Positions 40,536-51,521 of a stretch of DNA of 64,000 nt are shown piece by piece. Both the position numbers and the translations under genes were made by a program. Location of the stretch: NCBI GenBank assembly GCA_965140705.1, contig OZ223302.1, positions 544,001 through 608,000 on the forward strand, read 5' to 3'. The stretch's first letter is position 1. Each line of letters opens with the position of its first letter. Origin of the DNA: an uncultured Arcobacter sp. (GTDB lineage: Bacteria; Campylobacterota; Campylobacteria; Campylobacterales; Arcobacteraceae). The notes below the pieces were generated by a model that saw nothing but the letters and a program-made list of their open reading frames with translations, made no database searches and was not told where the DNA came from.

Positions 40536-41159
40536 CTAATACTCTAATGGAGTTTTTTTGATTTTTTCATCAGCATCAGGTGATACTGCACCAAAACCTT
40601 CATACTCTCGTTGTTGTGCCAATTTATCAAGGGGTGTTAATAAATCATCTTTTACAACAAAGTGTGCTCGTTGTTCCCCTGCATTTTCATACCTTCCACC
40701 ATGAACAATAGCAAGTTCTGGACAGACCTCAGCACAATAGCCACAGAAAATACATCTACCGAAGTTTATTGTATATTCTAAAACCTCTTTTCTAGAGTTT
40801 TCATCAATTCGTGTATCCATTCTAATACAATCAGAAATACAAATTTTTTCACAAAGTCCACATCCAATACATCTATTTTCCCCTGATTCTAAAAGAGCAA
40901 GCAATTTATGTACAGCTCTATATCTAGGTCCTATTGGTAATTTTTCAGCAGGATATTGCACTGTATGCATTTGCTTATTAAATAAAGCTTCTTTCATCAT
41001 AATAAAGGTGATTTTTAGTCCTGTAAAAAGTTCACCTTTTATTGATCTTTTAAAAACTTGTTTAAACTCTTGCCAAGGTGTTTCAAGGGAACTATTATCT
41101 TGAATATTTATATAATCATGTTCGCTTATATTTCTATTTTTCAAATCTTCTAAATTCAT
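40536..41159 (-). CDS. nuoI: NADH-quinone oxidoreductase subunit I
   Basis: CIGCGLCEKIC and CIFCGYCAEVCP; start taken at ATG 41159. Confidence 0.96.
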   Translation of the reverse strand: MNLEDLKNRNISEHDYINIQDNSSLETPWQEFKQVFKRSIKGELFTGLKITFIMMKEALFNKQMHTVQYPAEKLPIGPRYRAVHKLLALLESGENRCIGCGLCEKICISDCIRMDTRIDENSRKEVLEYTINFGRCIFCGYCAEVCPELAIVHGGRYENAGEQRAHFVVKDDLLTPLDKLAQQREYEGFGAVSPDADEKIKKTPLEY

Positions 41160-41160
41160 C

Positions 41161-42165
41161 CTAAACTCCCCCAAGTATCATTACAAATGCACCAGTAAGT
41201 AAAATATTAACTACTGCTAGTGGCATTAAGATTTTCCAACATAACCACATCAATTGATCTGGTCTTACATGTGGCCAAGATGCTCTTGTCCATAAAAAGA
41301 AAAAAATCAAAAATGATACTTTTAAAATAATCGCTAATCCACCTGGAATAAACCATAAATCATTGTATCCACCAAGAAAAATTAGTGATATCAAAAATGA
41401 GATAGTAAATAAATTTGCATATTCACCTATAAAAAACATTCCCCATCTCATACCAGAATACTCTGTTGCATACCCTGCAACAATCTCGGCTTCATGCTCA
41501 AGTAAATCAAATGGCGTTCTATTTGTCTCTGCAAAACCTGCCATTACAAAAAGAATAAAAGCCAAAGGTTGACTCCAAATAATCCAAGAAGTAAATCCAG
41601 CACTTTGGTACTCATTTATATCAATTAATGATAAAGACCCCACTAACATAAGTGGTGCTAAAAGAGCAAGTCCAGATACAACTTCATAAGATAAAAGTTG
41701 AATTGCAGTTCTTGCACCTCCTAGAAGTGCCCATTTATTTCCACTACTCATACCAGCTAACAAAGGTCCATAAAGTCCAACTGAAGCTACACCCATTACA
41801 AATAAAACACCCACATTAATATCTGCGATGATTGGTCTAATTGTATATCCAAAGATTTCAAACTCTGGAAAAAATGGAACTGCTGTCATTGCAATAAAGG
41901 CTGTGGCTGCTGTTATAATTGGAGCAATCATAAAGATTGGTTTTACAGCATTTTGAGGAATAAAATCTTCTTTTGTAAATAGTTTTATCCCATCACAAAC
42001 AATTTGTAAAAGCCCATAAGGTCCCACATTTGTAGGTCCTAATCTTCTTTGCATAAAAGCTAATATTTTTCTTTCAATATAAGTTGTAAACCCAGCAATT
42101 GCTGAAAATACAGCTAATATAACTACAGCTTTAACAATTGTCTCAATTATAATACTTGTCTCCAT
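41161..42165 (-). CDS. nuoH: NADH-quinone oxidoreductase subunit H
   Basis: ERKILAFMQRRLGP, ETNRTPFDL, EYSG, RPDQLM. Confidence 0.97.
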   Translation of the reverse strand: METSIIIETIVKAVVILAVFSAIAGFTTYIERKILAFMQRRLGPTNVGPYGLLQIVCDGIKLFTKEDFIPQNAVKPIFMIAPIITAATAFIAMTAVPFFPEFEIFGYTIRPIIADINVGVLFVMGVASVGLYGPLLAGMSSGNKWALLGGARTAIQLLSYEVVSGLALLAPLMLVGSLSLIDINEYQSAGFTSWIIWSQPLAFILFVMAGFAETNRTPFDLLEHEAEIVAGYATEYSGMRWGMFFIGEYANLFTISFLISLIFLGGYNDLWFIPGGLAIILKVSFLIFFFLWTRASWPHVRPDQLMWLCWKILMPLAVVNILLTGAFVMILGGV

Positions 42166-42166
42166 A

Positions 42167-44641
42167 TTACACCTTTTTTACATTTGCACTTGTAAATCTA
42201 TATCCATCAAAAAGAGCTTTTGTATTTAACTCTTTTTCAAAACTTGATACATATGCAATTTTCCCTGATACTTGATTATCAGCATAAACACTTACTTCTA
42301 TTTCACTTCCATTTGCACTTAAAAGTACTTTATCTCCAGCGCTTAATTCCAACTCTTCTAAAAATGCCTCATTTGCAAACATTCCACTTTCTAAATTATC
42401 TTTAAACTCATGGGCTATTGCTGTGAATTCATTAAATTGATTGATTGGATTTGCTTTATAAATAGTTATTTCTGAAGAAGCAACTTCAAAACTTACATTT
42501 TGTTTTTGGGCTATTTCATCACTTGCTTCCATATCAAAAGTATTTAAAATATAACCTCTATGTTCACTCCAATCATTTGCAAAGTAGTTAGTTAAACTAT
42601 CAAATTCAACTGCTTGGAATCCTTTATCTACTGGTAAAGATTTTGTATATGAAATGGTATGTTCAACTTCTGTTCCTAATAAACTATTTACAATATCATT
42701 TAAGACATAACCTTTATATGGTAAAGCTGCATTTGTAGGAACAACTCTTTTATCTATATTTGTAAATGTCCCTTCTTGTTGATTAAGGGCTGGCATATCT
42801 AAATCTCCATCCCCTAAAGCTGATAGTTGAAAGTCTGCTTTTACATTGTACCCTACGCAATAACTTCCTTCAACTTCATCTAAATCACAAATCAAACTTA
42901 CACCTAAAGTATTTGTAGAAGTAGGAATAATCACAACCTTAAATTGTGTATATTTTTCAACTACTGCTGCTAATTTTGCAAGATTTTGTGAATTTGGATG
43001 AGTGATTAAATCTTCACCTAAAATCAAGGTGTAGCTATCTTTTTTATCTTTCATAGTTTCAATAGTTTCAAGCAGTGTTGCATCTGCATTTATCTCATCA
43101 AGTAATCTTGTATATTCATACTCAACTTCTTTTGTAACTTTTTTAGGAACCATTTTAGTTACTTCTTTTTCTTCACCACTCTCTTCATCTTTTACAATAG
43201 ATACTACTTTTTCTTTTATCATCTCTGTAACTGATTTTAATCTTGTCTCTTTATATGAGTTAAGTGTTGTTTGAATAGCTTCTGGTAAATCTTCACCAAA
43301 TCTATCTAAGATAAAGTATAAAATAGACTCTTCAGCTAAAGGCTTGTGGTAAATGAATTCTGTAGTTTTTCCTCTTTTACCACATTGTTCCATCACAGGG
43401 TCACCCATTGGATGAAAATATAATCCAGCTCCTTTATTTATAACAACTGAATTATTAAAAGCATACTTTGTATTTGGAGAATCAGATTTTAAATAAGACC
43501 CAACAGAAACCACAAAGTTAGAATTATGTATATCTTTTAAATCTGCACTATAAAGTGATCTACCACTAACACTTGAATATGCTTCAAGGAATTTTTTATA
43601 AGCTAGGGCATCACTATTTACAAGTTTATATCCAAAATTCTCTTTTAGCTTTTGTAAAATAAGAGCCTCTTCATTTGTAATAAAAGAGTTAAACTTAATA
43701 GTATCTGCTTTTTTAAAGGCTTCAATTGCTTTATCAAAAGCTATTTCATCTTGACTTTCAACTCTATTTTCAAAGTCATATCCAAATCTAGCAGCTCCAT
43801 TTATTGAAGCATAGTGATGCTCATTTGTAACCCTATAGATTTTTTGTACATTATGATTTACTATTGACTCATGTTTCACTTCATAATAAAGCAAGGCACA
43901 ATCACTTGAGTGAGGGTTTGCTGCTGGTATTTTTGTAAGCTCCCATGAGTTTGATTTATATTGGAAATCATTTGATACAAGTGCTCCTACAGGACAAACA
44001 GAGATACACTCTCCACAATCAACACACTTATCTTCTTCAAACCCTATAAGTGATTTATTTAGTTTATTCCACATAGCATATGCATCTTTTGGCATACTTG
44101 CTTTAAACACACTAGGAAGAGAATCAGCTCCTCTTTTTACAGTTGATAAAGCATTTGAACCAATCATATCTTTACATACTGTTACACACTTCTCACAAAC
44201 AATACAAAGTCCTGGGTCATAATTCATTACTCCCCAATGTTGTCTTGGTCTATTTACATCTCTTATGGCATAACTTTGAGAATCTACTTTTTGATAAAGA
44301 GTATAGTTTTGAAGTTCACAATCACCACTTTGGTCACAAACTCCACATTGTAATGGATGATTTACATCATAAACTTCCATTACTGCTCTTCTTTCTTTTT
44401 CTATATTTTCAGTTGTAGTTATGATATTCATACCATCTTTTGCTTTTGCATTACAGGCATAAATTTGTTTCCCATCAGATTCAACTAAACATAATCTACA
44501 GGCTAATGTTGGTGAACATCTAGTTAAATAACAAATTGCAGGTATAAATATCCCATTTGCACGAGCAATATTTAATACAGTATCACCCTCTTTTGCCTTT
44601 AACTCTTTGCCATCAATTGTTAAAGTAATCAAGTCACTCAT
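42167..44641 (-). CDS. nuoG: NADH-quinone oxidoreductase subunit G
   Basis: IPAICY..CRLCLV, NHPLQCGVCDQSGDCELQ, two further CxxCxxC motifs. Confidence 0.95.
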   Translation of the reverse strand: MSDLITLTIDGKELKAKEGDTVLNIARANGIFIPAICYLTRCSPTLACRLCLVESDGKQIYACNAKAKDGMNIITTTENIEKERRAVMEVYDVNHPLQCGVCDQSGDCELQNYTLYQKVDSQSYAIRDVNRPRQHWGVMNYDPGLCIVCEKCVTVCKDMIGSNALSTVKRGADSLPSVFKASMPKDAYAMWNKLNKSLIGFEEDKCVDCGECISVCPVGALVSNDFQYKSNSWELTKIPAANPHSSDCALLYYEVKHESIVNHNVQKIYRVTNEHHYASINGAARFGYDFENRVESQDEIAFDKAIEAFKKADTIKFNSFITNEEALILQKLKENFGYKLVNSDALAYKKFLEAYSSVSGRSLYSADLKDIHNSNFVVSVGSYLKSDSPNTKYAFNNSVVINKGAGLYFHPMGDPVMEQCGKRGKTTEFIYHKPLAEESILYFILDRFGEDLPEAIQTTLNSYKETRLKSVTEMIKEKVVSIVKDEESGEEKEVTKMVPKKVTKEVEYEYTRLLDEINADATLLETIETMKDKKDSYTLILGEDLITHPNSQNLAKLAAVVEKYTQFKVVIIPTSTNTLGVSLICDLDEVEGSYCVGYNVKADFQLSALGDGDLDMPALNQQEGTFTNIDKRVVPTNAALPYKGYVLNDIVNSLLGTEVEHTISYTKSLPVDKGFQAVEFDSLTNYFANDWSEHRGYILNTFDMEASDEIAQKQNVSFEVASSEITIYKANPINQFNEFTAIAHEFKDNLESGMFANEAFLEELELSAGDKVLLSANGSEIEVSVYADNQVSGKIAYVSSFEKELNTKALFDGYRFTSANVKKV

Positions 44642-45444
44642 TCTTCAACCTTTTCAATTTTTACTTGCTTATACCGATATCCTAAAGATAAGAAACTATT
44701 ATCTTCTTCTCTTACACCACAAATTGCAATAGTCCCTTGCAAGTTTTTATCTAATACAAAAGTTTTTTGCAAAGATTCTTTTCCATAATTTAAAATAATA
44801 TTGTCTTTATCTTCTATCTTTGCAACCCTAGCAAATGATTCACTTCCATATACAATACCTTTATCTTCAGCTGTATTATATTTATAAATCACTGTTCCAT
44901 TGTATGAACTTAACTCTTCTACCTCTTCAAGTGTCTCATCTGAAGTTATTTCAACAGAAGTTAATAAAACTATATTAAAATCAGTAAACTCTTCAAAAAC
45001 TTTTAACATAGAGTATAGATTTTTTACTCTTTTATGGCTAAATAAATCTTCTCCCACTATCAAAGTTTTAGTTTTTTTATCTACAGATCTTTCAACCATC
45101 TCTTCAAACTCTTCTTCACCTGCACTACTTTCAGCTGAAATATAACCATGATCTAAATCATTTAAATACTTCTGTAAAGAATCACTTCTATTTTTTGCAA
45201 AGAAATCTAAAAGTAAAGCTAATACTCCCTCTTCACTTCCAACTTCATACTTCATAAATTGTGTATAAAAGATTTTTAAATCAATATCATCAATAGGATG
45301 CATATAAATAAATTCTGCTTCATTTTTTGCAATAGCTTCTAAAATCAAATCTTTGACTTCTTCATTATCTCTTGAAATCATAGAGCCTAAACATATAATG
45401 TAATCACTTTTTGAAACTATTTCTAGATTTGTATTTTTATTCAT
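44638..45444 (-). CDS. Campylobacterota-type protein at the nuoF position (NuoY-like); no FMN/NADH or Fe-S motifs
   Basis: Position between the E-like gene and nuoG; similarity to the NuoG C-terminal half; start taken at MNKNTN (45444). Confidence 0.7.
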   Translation of the reverse strand: MNKNTNLEIVSKSDYIICLGSMISRDNEEVKDLILEAIAKNEAEFIYMHPIDDIDLKIFYTQFMKYEVGSEEGVLALLLDFFAKNRSDSLQKYLNDLDHGYISAESSAGEEEFEEMVERSVDKKTKTLIVGEDLFSHKRVKNLYSMLKVFEEFTDFNIVLLTSVEITSDETLEEVEELSSYNGTVIYKYNTAEDKGIVYGSESFARVAKIEDKDNIILNYGKESLQKTFVLDKNLQGTIAICGVREEDNSFLSLGYRYKQVKIEKVEE

Positions 45445-45739
45445 CGTCATCATCTTCATCTTCTTCGTCTATTTCTTTTTTTGGTTCTTCTTCAAATGGT
45501 TTTATTTCTGGTTTTACTTTTTTTACAACTATTGTCCAATCTACTTCATTGAATTTTAAAGAGTTCATTAAAGTGTATCCAGCTTCATAAATCACATCTG
45601 CTGATTTTTGAATATGTGAAAAATCTCCTATTTCAAAAAGAAATATTGCATTTTCACCATCTTTTATATCTTTATCCATAAGTTCTAGCATTCTAGAGTA
45701 GAAATTATCTTTTAATGGTCTTAAATCATATCTTTTCAC
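45437..45739 (-). CDS. Campylobacterota NADH-ubiquinone oxidoreductase subunit E family (NuoX-like) protein
   Basis: KRYDLR..FLFEIGDF..NSLKFNEVDWTIV; GTG start at 45739 with GGAGG RBS; no Cys. Confidence 0.8.
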   Translation of the reverse strand: MKRYDLRPLKDNFYSRMLELMDKDIKDGENAIFLFEIGDFSHIQKSADVIYEAGYTLMNSLKFNEVDWTIVVKKVKPEIKPFEEEPKKEIDEEDEDDDDE

Positions 45740-45751
45740 AAATCGCCTCCG

Positions 45752-45790
45752 TAGCTTCACTTCGTTCAGAACACTTCGGTTCCGAAGCTA
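45752..45790. repeat. GC-rich palindromic REP-like element between nuoD and the E-like gene
   Basis: TAGCTTC...GAAGCTA outer stem, CACTTCG direct repeat, CTTCGG-TT-CCGAAG. Confidence 0.5.
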
Positions 45791-45827
45791 AAAATATAAA
45801 GTAGTTTATTTTTTTCACGCTTCTCAC

Positions 45828-47054
45828 CTATCTATCAATCTCACCAAAAACTACGTTCAAGTTACCAATAACAGTAACAACGTCAGCTAATTGGTGACCA
45901 ACTAATATTTCTTCTAAAATAGAAGTATGCCAAAAAGAAGGTGCTCTTAGTTTCATCTTGTAAGCATAAGGACTTCCATCACTTACAATCATAAATCCTA
46001 ACTCACCCTTTGGTGATTCTGTTGCAACATAAACTTCACCACGAGGTGGTCTCATACCTTGAGTTACTAAAACAAAGTGTTGCATCAAGGCATAATTTTG
46101 AGTCATAATATCCTCTTTTGTAGCAGAGATATATTGGGGCTCATTTGCCATAAGTTGTGAAGGAGAAGCTTTATACATAGGAATTAATTGTCTTAATATT
46201 TTTGATGATTCTCTCATCTCTTGCATATGAATTTGGTATCTAGCAAAACTATCTCCAGCAGTTGCTATTGGTACATCAAAATCAAGTTCTGGATATATTC
46301 CATAAGGCATCTCTTTTCTTAAATCCCATTTTTGACCAGTAGCTCTCAATATTGGTCCCGTACATCCCCAAGATTTTGCTGTTTCATTATCTATTACTCC
46401 AACATTTTCAAGTCTCATTCTCCAAATTCTATTATCTGTCAAAAGTCCTTCATATTTTGGAATTTCTACTGCTAGTATGTCTAAATATTTTTGTAAATCC
46501 TCACACCAATTATCAGGTAAATCTAAAGGTACTCCTCCAATTCTAACAGCACTATGAGTAAGTCTTGCTCCACAATAGTCTTCTATCAAGTCTAAAGCAA
46601 ACTCCCTTTCCCTAAAGGCATATAAAAATACAGACATAGCTCCCACATCTAAAGCATGGGTTGCTAACCAAAACAGATGGGAGATTATTCTATTTAGCTC
46701 TATTAACATAGTTCTAATGATTTCCGCTCTTCTTGGTGCTTCTATTCCTAATAGTTTCTCAACTGCAAGGGCATAACCATAGTTATTTGAAGTAGCAGCA
46801 ATATAATCCATTCTGTCTGTTGTTGGTAAGAATTCATTATAAATCATATTCTCACCCATCTTTTCCATACCTCTATGTAAATATCCAATATGAGGTCTTG
46901 CTTTAACTATCTCTTCACCTTGCAATTCTAAGATAAGTCTCATTTGTCCGTGAGCAGATGGATGTTGTGGTCCAAAATTGACCACCATAGTATTATCTTC
47001 TCTCTCAAAGTTTATATTTTCAAAAAAAGGTTTTAGTCTATTGGTTTGTTGCAT
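45828..47054 (-). CDS. nuoD: NADH-quinone oxidoreductase subunit D
   Basis: [33 protein letters not shown]. Confidence 0.98.
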   Translation of the reverse strand: MQQTNRLKPFFENINFEREDNTMVVNFGPQHPSAHGQMRLILELQGEEIVKARPHIGYLHRGMEKMGENMIYNEFLPTTDRMDYIAATSNNYGYALAVEKLLGIEAPRRAEIIRTMLIELNRIISHLFWLATHALDVGAMSVFLYAFREREFALDLIEDYCGARLTHSAVRIGGVPLDLPDNWCEDLQKYLDILAVEIPKYEGLLTDNRIWRMRLENVGVIDNETAKSWGCTGPILRATGQKWDLRKEMPYGIYPELDFDVPIATAGDSFARYQIHMQEMRESSKILRQLIPMYKASPSQLMANEPQYISATKEDIMTQNYALMQHFVLVTQGMRPPRGEVYVATESPKGELGFMIVSDGSPYAYKMKLRAPSFWHTSILEEILVGHQLADVVTVIGNLNVVFGEIDR

Positions 47055-47057
47055 TAT

Positions 47058-47879
47058 CTACCTTCTCTCATCTAATGTTTTTGATTTTTTCTCATCAAAA
47101 TCTTTAACAAGTCGTTTTCCAAAAAGTTTAACACCACCCTCTTCTGTATAAGCAAGAGGTGTTTCTTTTTCTTCTCCCTCAACTATTGGTGTTCCAAAAG
47201 GAACTTCATGCCCCAATCTTGCAAATCTTGTAGTGTCATATCTATCAATAGCTGCATCATCTCTCTCTTCTGGACCTATCTCTTCCCTTGCTTCTTTTCC
47301 AAAGATATGGTCTACTTCATACCATTGTGCAACTTCATCACCATGTAGGGGATATATTTTTCTTAAAGGGTGGTCATACCAATCATCTGGCATAAGTATT
47401 CTTTTCATATTTGGGTGATTTAGTACTTTTACCCCATACATATCATACATTTCTCTCTCTGACCAGTTTGCCATTTTAAATAAAGAGTAAACTGATTCTA
47501 TACTTTCCTTCTCTTCAATAAAACATTTAACTCTCATTCTTTTATGTTTATTCATAGAAAGCATTTCATAAAAGATTTCAAAACCTTTTCTAGTAGCTAA
47601 ATAATCTATTGCTGATAGTTCCATAAGCATGTCATATTCTAACTCTTCTTTTAAAAGTTTTAGTGTAGTTAGATTATTTTTGGGGTTTATATATATTACT
47701 AATTCATTATTTTCAATATATGCCTCTAGTATTTGAACTTTTGAACTTATTACTTCAATATCTTTTTCATAAATTTCATCACCTCTTGGATCAGTTCTAG
47801 GAACTATAGGTGATACAAAAAATCTATCATTGTAATATGATTTTTTTTGTACATTATCTTTAGGAGTATATTTTCTCAT
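47058..47879 (-). CDS. nuoC: NADH-quinone oxidoreductase subunit C
   Basis: [28 protein letters not shown]. Confidence 0.96.
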   Translation of the reverse strand: MRKYTPKDNVQKKSYYNDRFFVSPIVPRTDPRGDEIYEKDIEVISSKVQILEAYIENNELVIYINPKNNLTTLKLLKEELEYDMLMELSAIDYLATRKGFEIFYEMLSMNKHKRMRVKCFIEEKESIESVYSLFKMANWSEREMYDMYGVKVLNHPNMKRILMPDDWYDHPLRKIYPLHGDEVAQWYEVDHIFGKEAREEIGPEERDDAAIDRYDTTRFARLGHEVPFGTPIVEGEEKETPLAYTEEGGVKLFGKRLVKDFDEKKSKTLDERR

Positions 47880-48388
47880 TATACTAACCTCTTTTTCTTT
47901 TTAGATAAAAATGAAGATTCTCTTCTTATTTTCTTTTGAAGCATCATAAGAGCATATTGTAAAGTTTCAGGTCTTGGAGCACATCCAGGAAGATAAATAT
48001 CCACAGGTATTACTCTATCTACTCCTTGAACAGTGGCATAGGTGTTAAACATCCCACCTGTATTTGCACATGAACCCATAGAAATAACCCATTTAGGATC
48101 TGGCATTTGGTCATATAGTCTTCTCATATATTCAGCATGTTTTTTTGTCAAAGTACCAGCAACAATAAGCACATCTGCTTGTCTTGGACTTGCTCTAAAG
48201 ATAGTTCCAAATCTATCAAAATCGTATCTTGAAGCACCAGAGGCCATCATCTCGATTGCACAACATGCCAAACCATAAGTCAAAGGCCATAAAGAGTTAC
48301 TTCGTCCGAAGTTTACAATTTTGTCAACAGTTGAAAGAGCAATAGGTGCTCCACCGTCTTGAAAATATTTTATTTTATGCTGTGCCAT
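47879..48388 (-). CDS. nuoB: NADH-quinone oxidoreductase subunit B
   Basis: [25 protein letters not shown]. Confidence 0.98.
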   Translation of the reverse strand: MAQHKIKYFQDGGAPIALSTVDKIVNFGRSNSLWPLTYGLACCAIEMMASGASRYDFDRFGTIFRASPRQADVLIVAGTLTKKHAEYMRRLYDQMPDPKWVISMGSCANTGGMFNTYATVQGVDRVIPVDIYLPGCAPRPETLQYALMMLQKKIRRESSFLSKKKKRLV

Positions 48389-48759
48389 TCAAGCGCTCCT
48401 TTTTTCCATGCATAAATAAAGCCTATAGTTAGTAGAACAATGAATAAAATCATCTCCACAAATCCAAACCAACCTAGAACTTTAAAATCCACAGCCCATG
48501 GAAACATAAAAATAATCTCGATATCAAATAAAATAAATAATAAAGCCATAAGATAAAACTGTACAGAGATAGTATTTGGCTGTTTTGTAACTTCTGGACC
48601 ACATTCATAATATGTAGTTTTTAGTTTTTCTGTATCTAGCCTTGCCATTTTTCTGCTTACAAGCCTTGCTAACCAGACTGTTGCAACAAAGGCACCAAAG
48701 GTTAGAACAAACATAATAAAAACACCAAAATACGGATGAGAGGAATCCATATGAGTCAT
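48370..48759 (-). CDS. nuoA: NADH-quinone oxidoreductase subunit A
   Basis: [19 protein letters not shown]. Confidence 0.97.
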   Translation of the reverse strand: MTHMDSSHPYFGVFIMFVLTFGAFVATVWLARLVSRKMARLDTEKLKTTYYECGPEVTKQPNTISVQFYLMALLFILFDIEIIFMFPWAVDFKVLGWFGFVEMILFIVLLTIGFIYAWKKGALEWHSIK

Positions 48760-49175
48760 AAGTATATCCTTAATTTATTTATATTCAGAGAATTTAGTTT
48801 TTTCAGTTTAAGTTATATTCAGTTAGATATTAGCAAAATGCTTTTAAATCTAGACTTAATATTTCTGTACATAAAACATGCATCTAATAAAAAATTTATT
48901 CCATATTTACACACTTTTACGAAAAAACTCTTCTATTATGGATTTATAATAAGCTTAGCTTAAAATAAAATAAACAGTTTATATTAGTTTTTTTAATAAT
49001 TACTTCCAAAGTTCTATATATGCAATATTTATTCCATTATTTTACTCTTAACTCTTTTAAACTATAGAAATAACTTTTTAGAAATGGGAAAAAATGAAGA
49101 TATTATCATCAGTATTTTTTGTAGTTTGTCCAAATGTTACTACAAAAAATAGAAATGTCGAAGTAAAAAACTAAA

Positions 49176-49199
49176 ATAAGTACTCTTTCGAGTACTTAT
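49176..49199 (-). terminator. Rho-independent terminator after AAA ATPase
   Basis: ATAAGTACTC-TTTC-GAGTACTTAT stem, T-rich run on the minus strand. Confidence 0.75.
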
Positions 49200-49212
49200 A
49201 AAATAGCTCTTC

Positions 49213-50946
49213 TTAAAAAAATCCAACTTTATTTTCAGAGTCAAATTGAGATTTTTGCTCTTTTGTAATATGCTCTTGGAAGTCTTCCATTTTGAAAATT
49301 GGATCGTCCATAACTGCCACTTTATAAGCAGTATTTTTAATCACTAACTCAATTTGCCCACCAGTTAGTTCGATTTCTGATATTTTATTTATATCAAAAT
49401 CTTTATCCAAGGGGATATTTTCTGGTAATAATTTTTTCCAAAGCTCTAGTCTTTGTTCTTTGTTTGGTTTTACAAACTCTATTTTATAATTGAATCTTCT
49501 TGAAAATGCTTTATCCAAACTCTCTAAAAGGTTTGTAGTAGCTATTAATATTCCATCAAATCTTTCAATTTGTTCTAAAAAGATATTTTGCATCTGGTTG
49601 TGCATCTTATCACTACCACTTGTAGATTCTGTTACCCTTGAACTTAAAAATTGATCTGCTTCATTAAGTAAAAGTATTGGTTCACTTTTAGTTCTATCTC
49701 TAATGTCATTATATGTTTCAAAGATTTTTCGAACATTTTTTTCACTCTCACCCACATACATAGATAAAATTTTAGAACAGTCAAAGGCTAAAACCTGTTT
49801 TTTTAAGGATTTTGCCATAGCTAAAGCTGTAAGGGTTTTACCAGTACCTGCGATACCATAAAAAATAATTCTGGCATCAATTCCTTTTTTTCTATCTTTG
49901 ATTCCCCACTCTTTAAGTCTATTTACTACTTTTTTATCAACTTGTTGTAAAAGGGCATCAAGTGTTTCTCTTGTCTTTGGATTTAAAACAACATCTTCCA
50001 ATGTCTTATCAGTAGAGATTAGTTCAAACATATCTTGTTCTTTTATTACATTATCAATTTTGATTTTTGAAGTTCTTGTTTTCTTTTTTGCAGGGTGTGA
50101 GATTTTATATAAAACTTCATCTGGAATATAAAAGTTTCTATTTATACCACCAAAGGGAGTAAGCATCTCATCATAATCCACAAGTCCAGTTGAAACTAGT
50201 TTTGAGCTCTCTTCTAGTAAACTTCTATTTTTGATTTTTTCATAATCATCATGGGAAATCAAATCAATAAGTGAATTCATATCTCTTATTGATTCATCAC
50301 CACCTGAATATTCCTCTTTTAATAGAGCTATAAATATCATTTGCTCTTGTTCATTTAGGTCATTTTCTTTGAAAAATCCCACAAGCATGATTTCATTTGG
50401 TGTTGCTATTACTCTCTCTTTTATTCTATTTTCCAAAAGTGTAAGTTTTGATTTTAGTCTTTTTATATTTGGTGATTTTTCATCAAAATTGTGTTTAACC
50501 ACATTTAATTTTTGTGCTAAATCTATTTTGAAAAACTGGTCTTGTAAATACTCCAAGTGATCACTATATTTTGTAACCTCAGGTAAAGACATATCCATAG
50601 AGCCATCTTCCATAAGTTTTAAAAATGAGGGGGTTAAAGATACACTAGAGTTAAGCAACTCCAACTTTGATAATTCACTTAGTTTTACAGGTGTAAATGA
50701 ATTTTGAACTAACCATCCTAGTTCAAGTAACGATTTGATAACTTCTAGTTTCTCTAGATGCTCATATTTTTTTACATCATAAAATTCTGATAAAATATCA
50801 ATCACCATCAAAGCATCTCTTCCACTTATATACTCTTTTGTAAGATATTGAAGTATTTTTCCCTCTTCTAGGTTACACTTCAATTGTACAAAAAGGTCCT
50901 CTTTTTGTAAGTCTATGCTTTGTATAAATTTAATTAATTCGTTCAT
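49213..50946 (-). CDS. AAA+ family ATPase
   Basis: GIAGTGKT Walker A, YVGESEKN, LLLNEAD variant Walker B, LDKAFSRRF, C-terminal VGFF. Confidence 0.92.
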   Translation of the reverse strand: MNELIKFIQSIDLQKEDLFVQLKCNLEEGKILQYLTKEYISGRDALMVIDILSEFYDVKKYEHLEKLEVIKSLLELGWLVQNSFTPVKLSELSKLELLNSSVSLTPSFLKLMEDGSMDMSLPEVTKYSDHLEYLQDQFFKIDLAQKLNVVKHNFDEKSPNIKRLKSKLTLLENRIKERVIATPNEIMLVGFFKENDLNEQEQMIFIALLKEEYSGGDESIRDMNSLIDLISHDDYEKIKNRSLLEESSKLVSTGLVDYDEMLTPFGGINRNFYIPDEVLYKISHPAKKKTRTSKIKIDNVIKEQDMFELISTDKTLEDVVLNPKTRETLDALLQQVDKKVVNRLKEWGIKDRKKGIDARIIFYGIAGTGKTLTALAMAKSLKKQVLAFDCSKILSMYVGESEKNVRKIFETYNDIRDRTKSEPILLLNEADQFLSSRVTESTSGSDKMHNQMQNIFLEQIERFDGILIATTNLLESLDKAFSRRFNYKIEFVKPNKEQRLELWKKLLPENIPLDKDFDINKISEIELTGGQIELVIKNTAYKVAVMDDPIFKMEDFQEHITKEQKSQFDSENKVGFF

Positions 50947-51034
50947 TTAATAGTTATTCCTGTTTTTGTTATATCTGTAAAATTTACTTCCATAAATATC
51001 AATAATACATTAAAAAATCTTAAAAGAAGATACT

Positions 51035-51391
51035 CTATTTTAATCTTTTATTTAAGCCCTCATAAAAAGTATCGGAGTCAACTTTTTCTTTAAAATATAA
51101 CTTCTCATTTCCTTTAGATGTATTGATTAAAATATTTTTCTTATCTCTTTTTATTTTTTTTATTTCATCATACTTAATATATACATTTTTTGTAAAATCT
51201 ATATTAAATTGATTATTTATAATTGTTATATTATCTTTACATAAGCCTTTAAATCTTGATTTATATTCATAAATTGTATTACAAGAGTGGTTTTTATAAA
51301 ACTCTTCTATCATATTTATATTAGATGAGTCCATATATAAAACCCAAGCAATGGCAACCAAAAATGGAGAAAACAAAAGAAGTAAAATCAT
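51035..51391 (-). CDS. Hypothetical protein with N-terminal membrane anchor
   Basis: 118-aa ORF, hydrophobic N-terminus, AGGA RBS. Confidence 0.65.
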   Translation of the reverse strand: MILLLLFSPFLVAIAWVLYMDSSNINMIEEFYKNHSCNTIYEYKSRFKGLCKDNITIINNQFNIDFTKNVYIKYDEIKKIKRDKKNILINTSKGNEKLYFKEKVDSDTFYEGLNKRLK

Positions 51392-51521
51392 AAAGTAGTT
51401 CCTAAAATTTTTTTTATTTTACATGAGTTTTTATTAAAGTAGATTATGAAAATATAATTAACTAAAGAGATAATTTCTTCTCCTTAGTCAAAAGATGAGA
51501 TTTTGTAATTGATTTTAAATA

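Noticed and set aside
48736..48963. 75-aa plus-strand ORF upstream of nuoA
   Set aside because: Overlaps the nuoA start and AT-rich promoter region; composition looks non-coding
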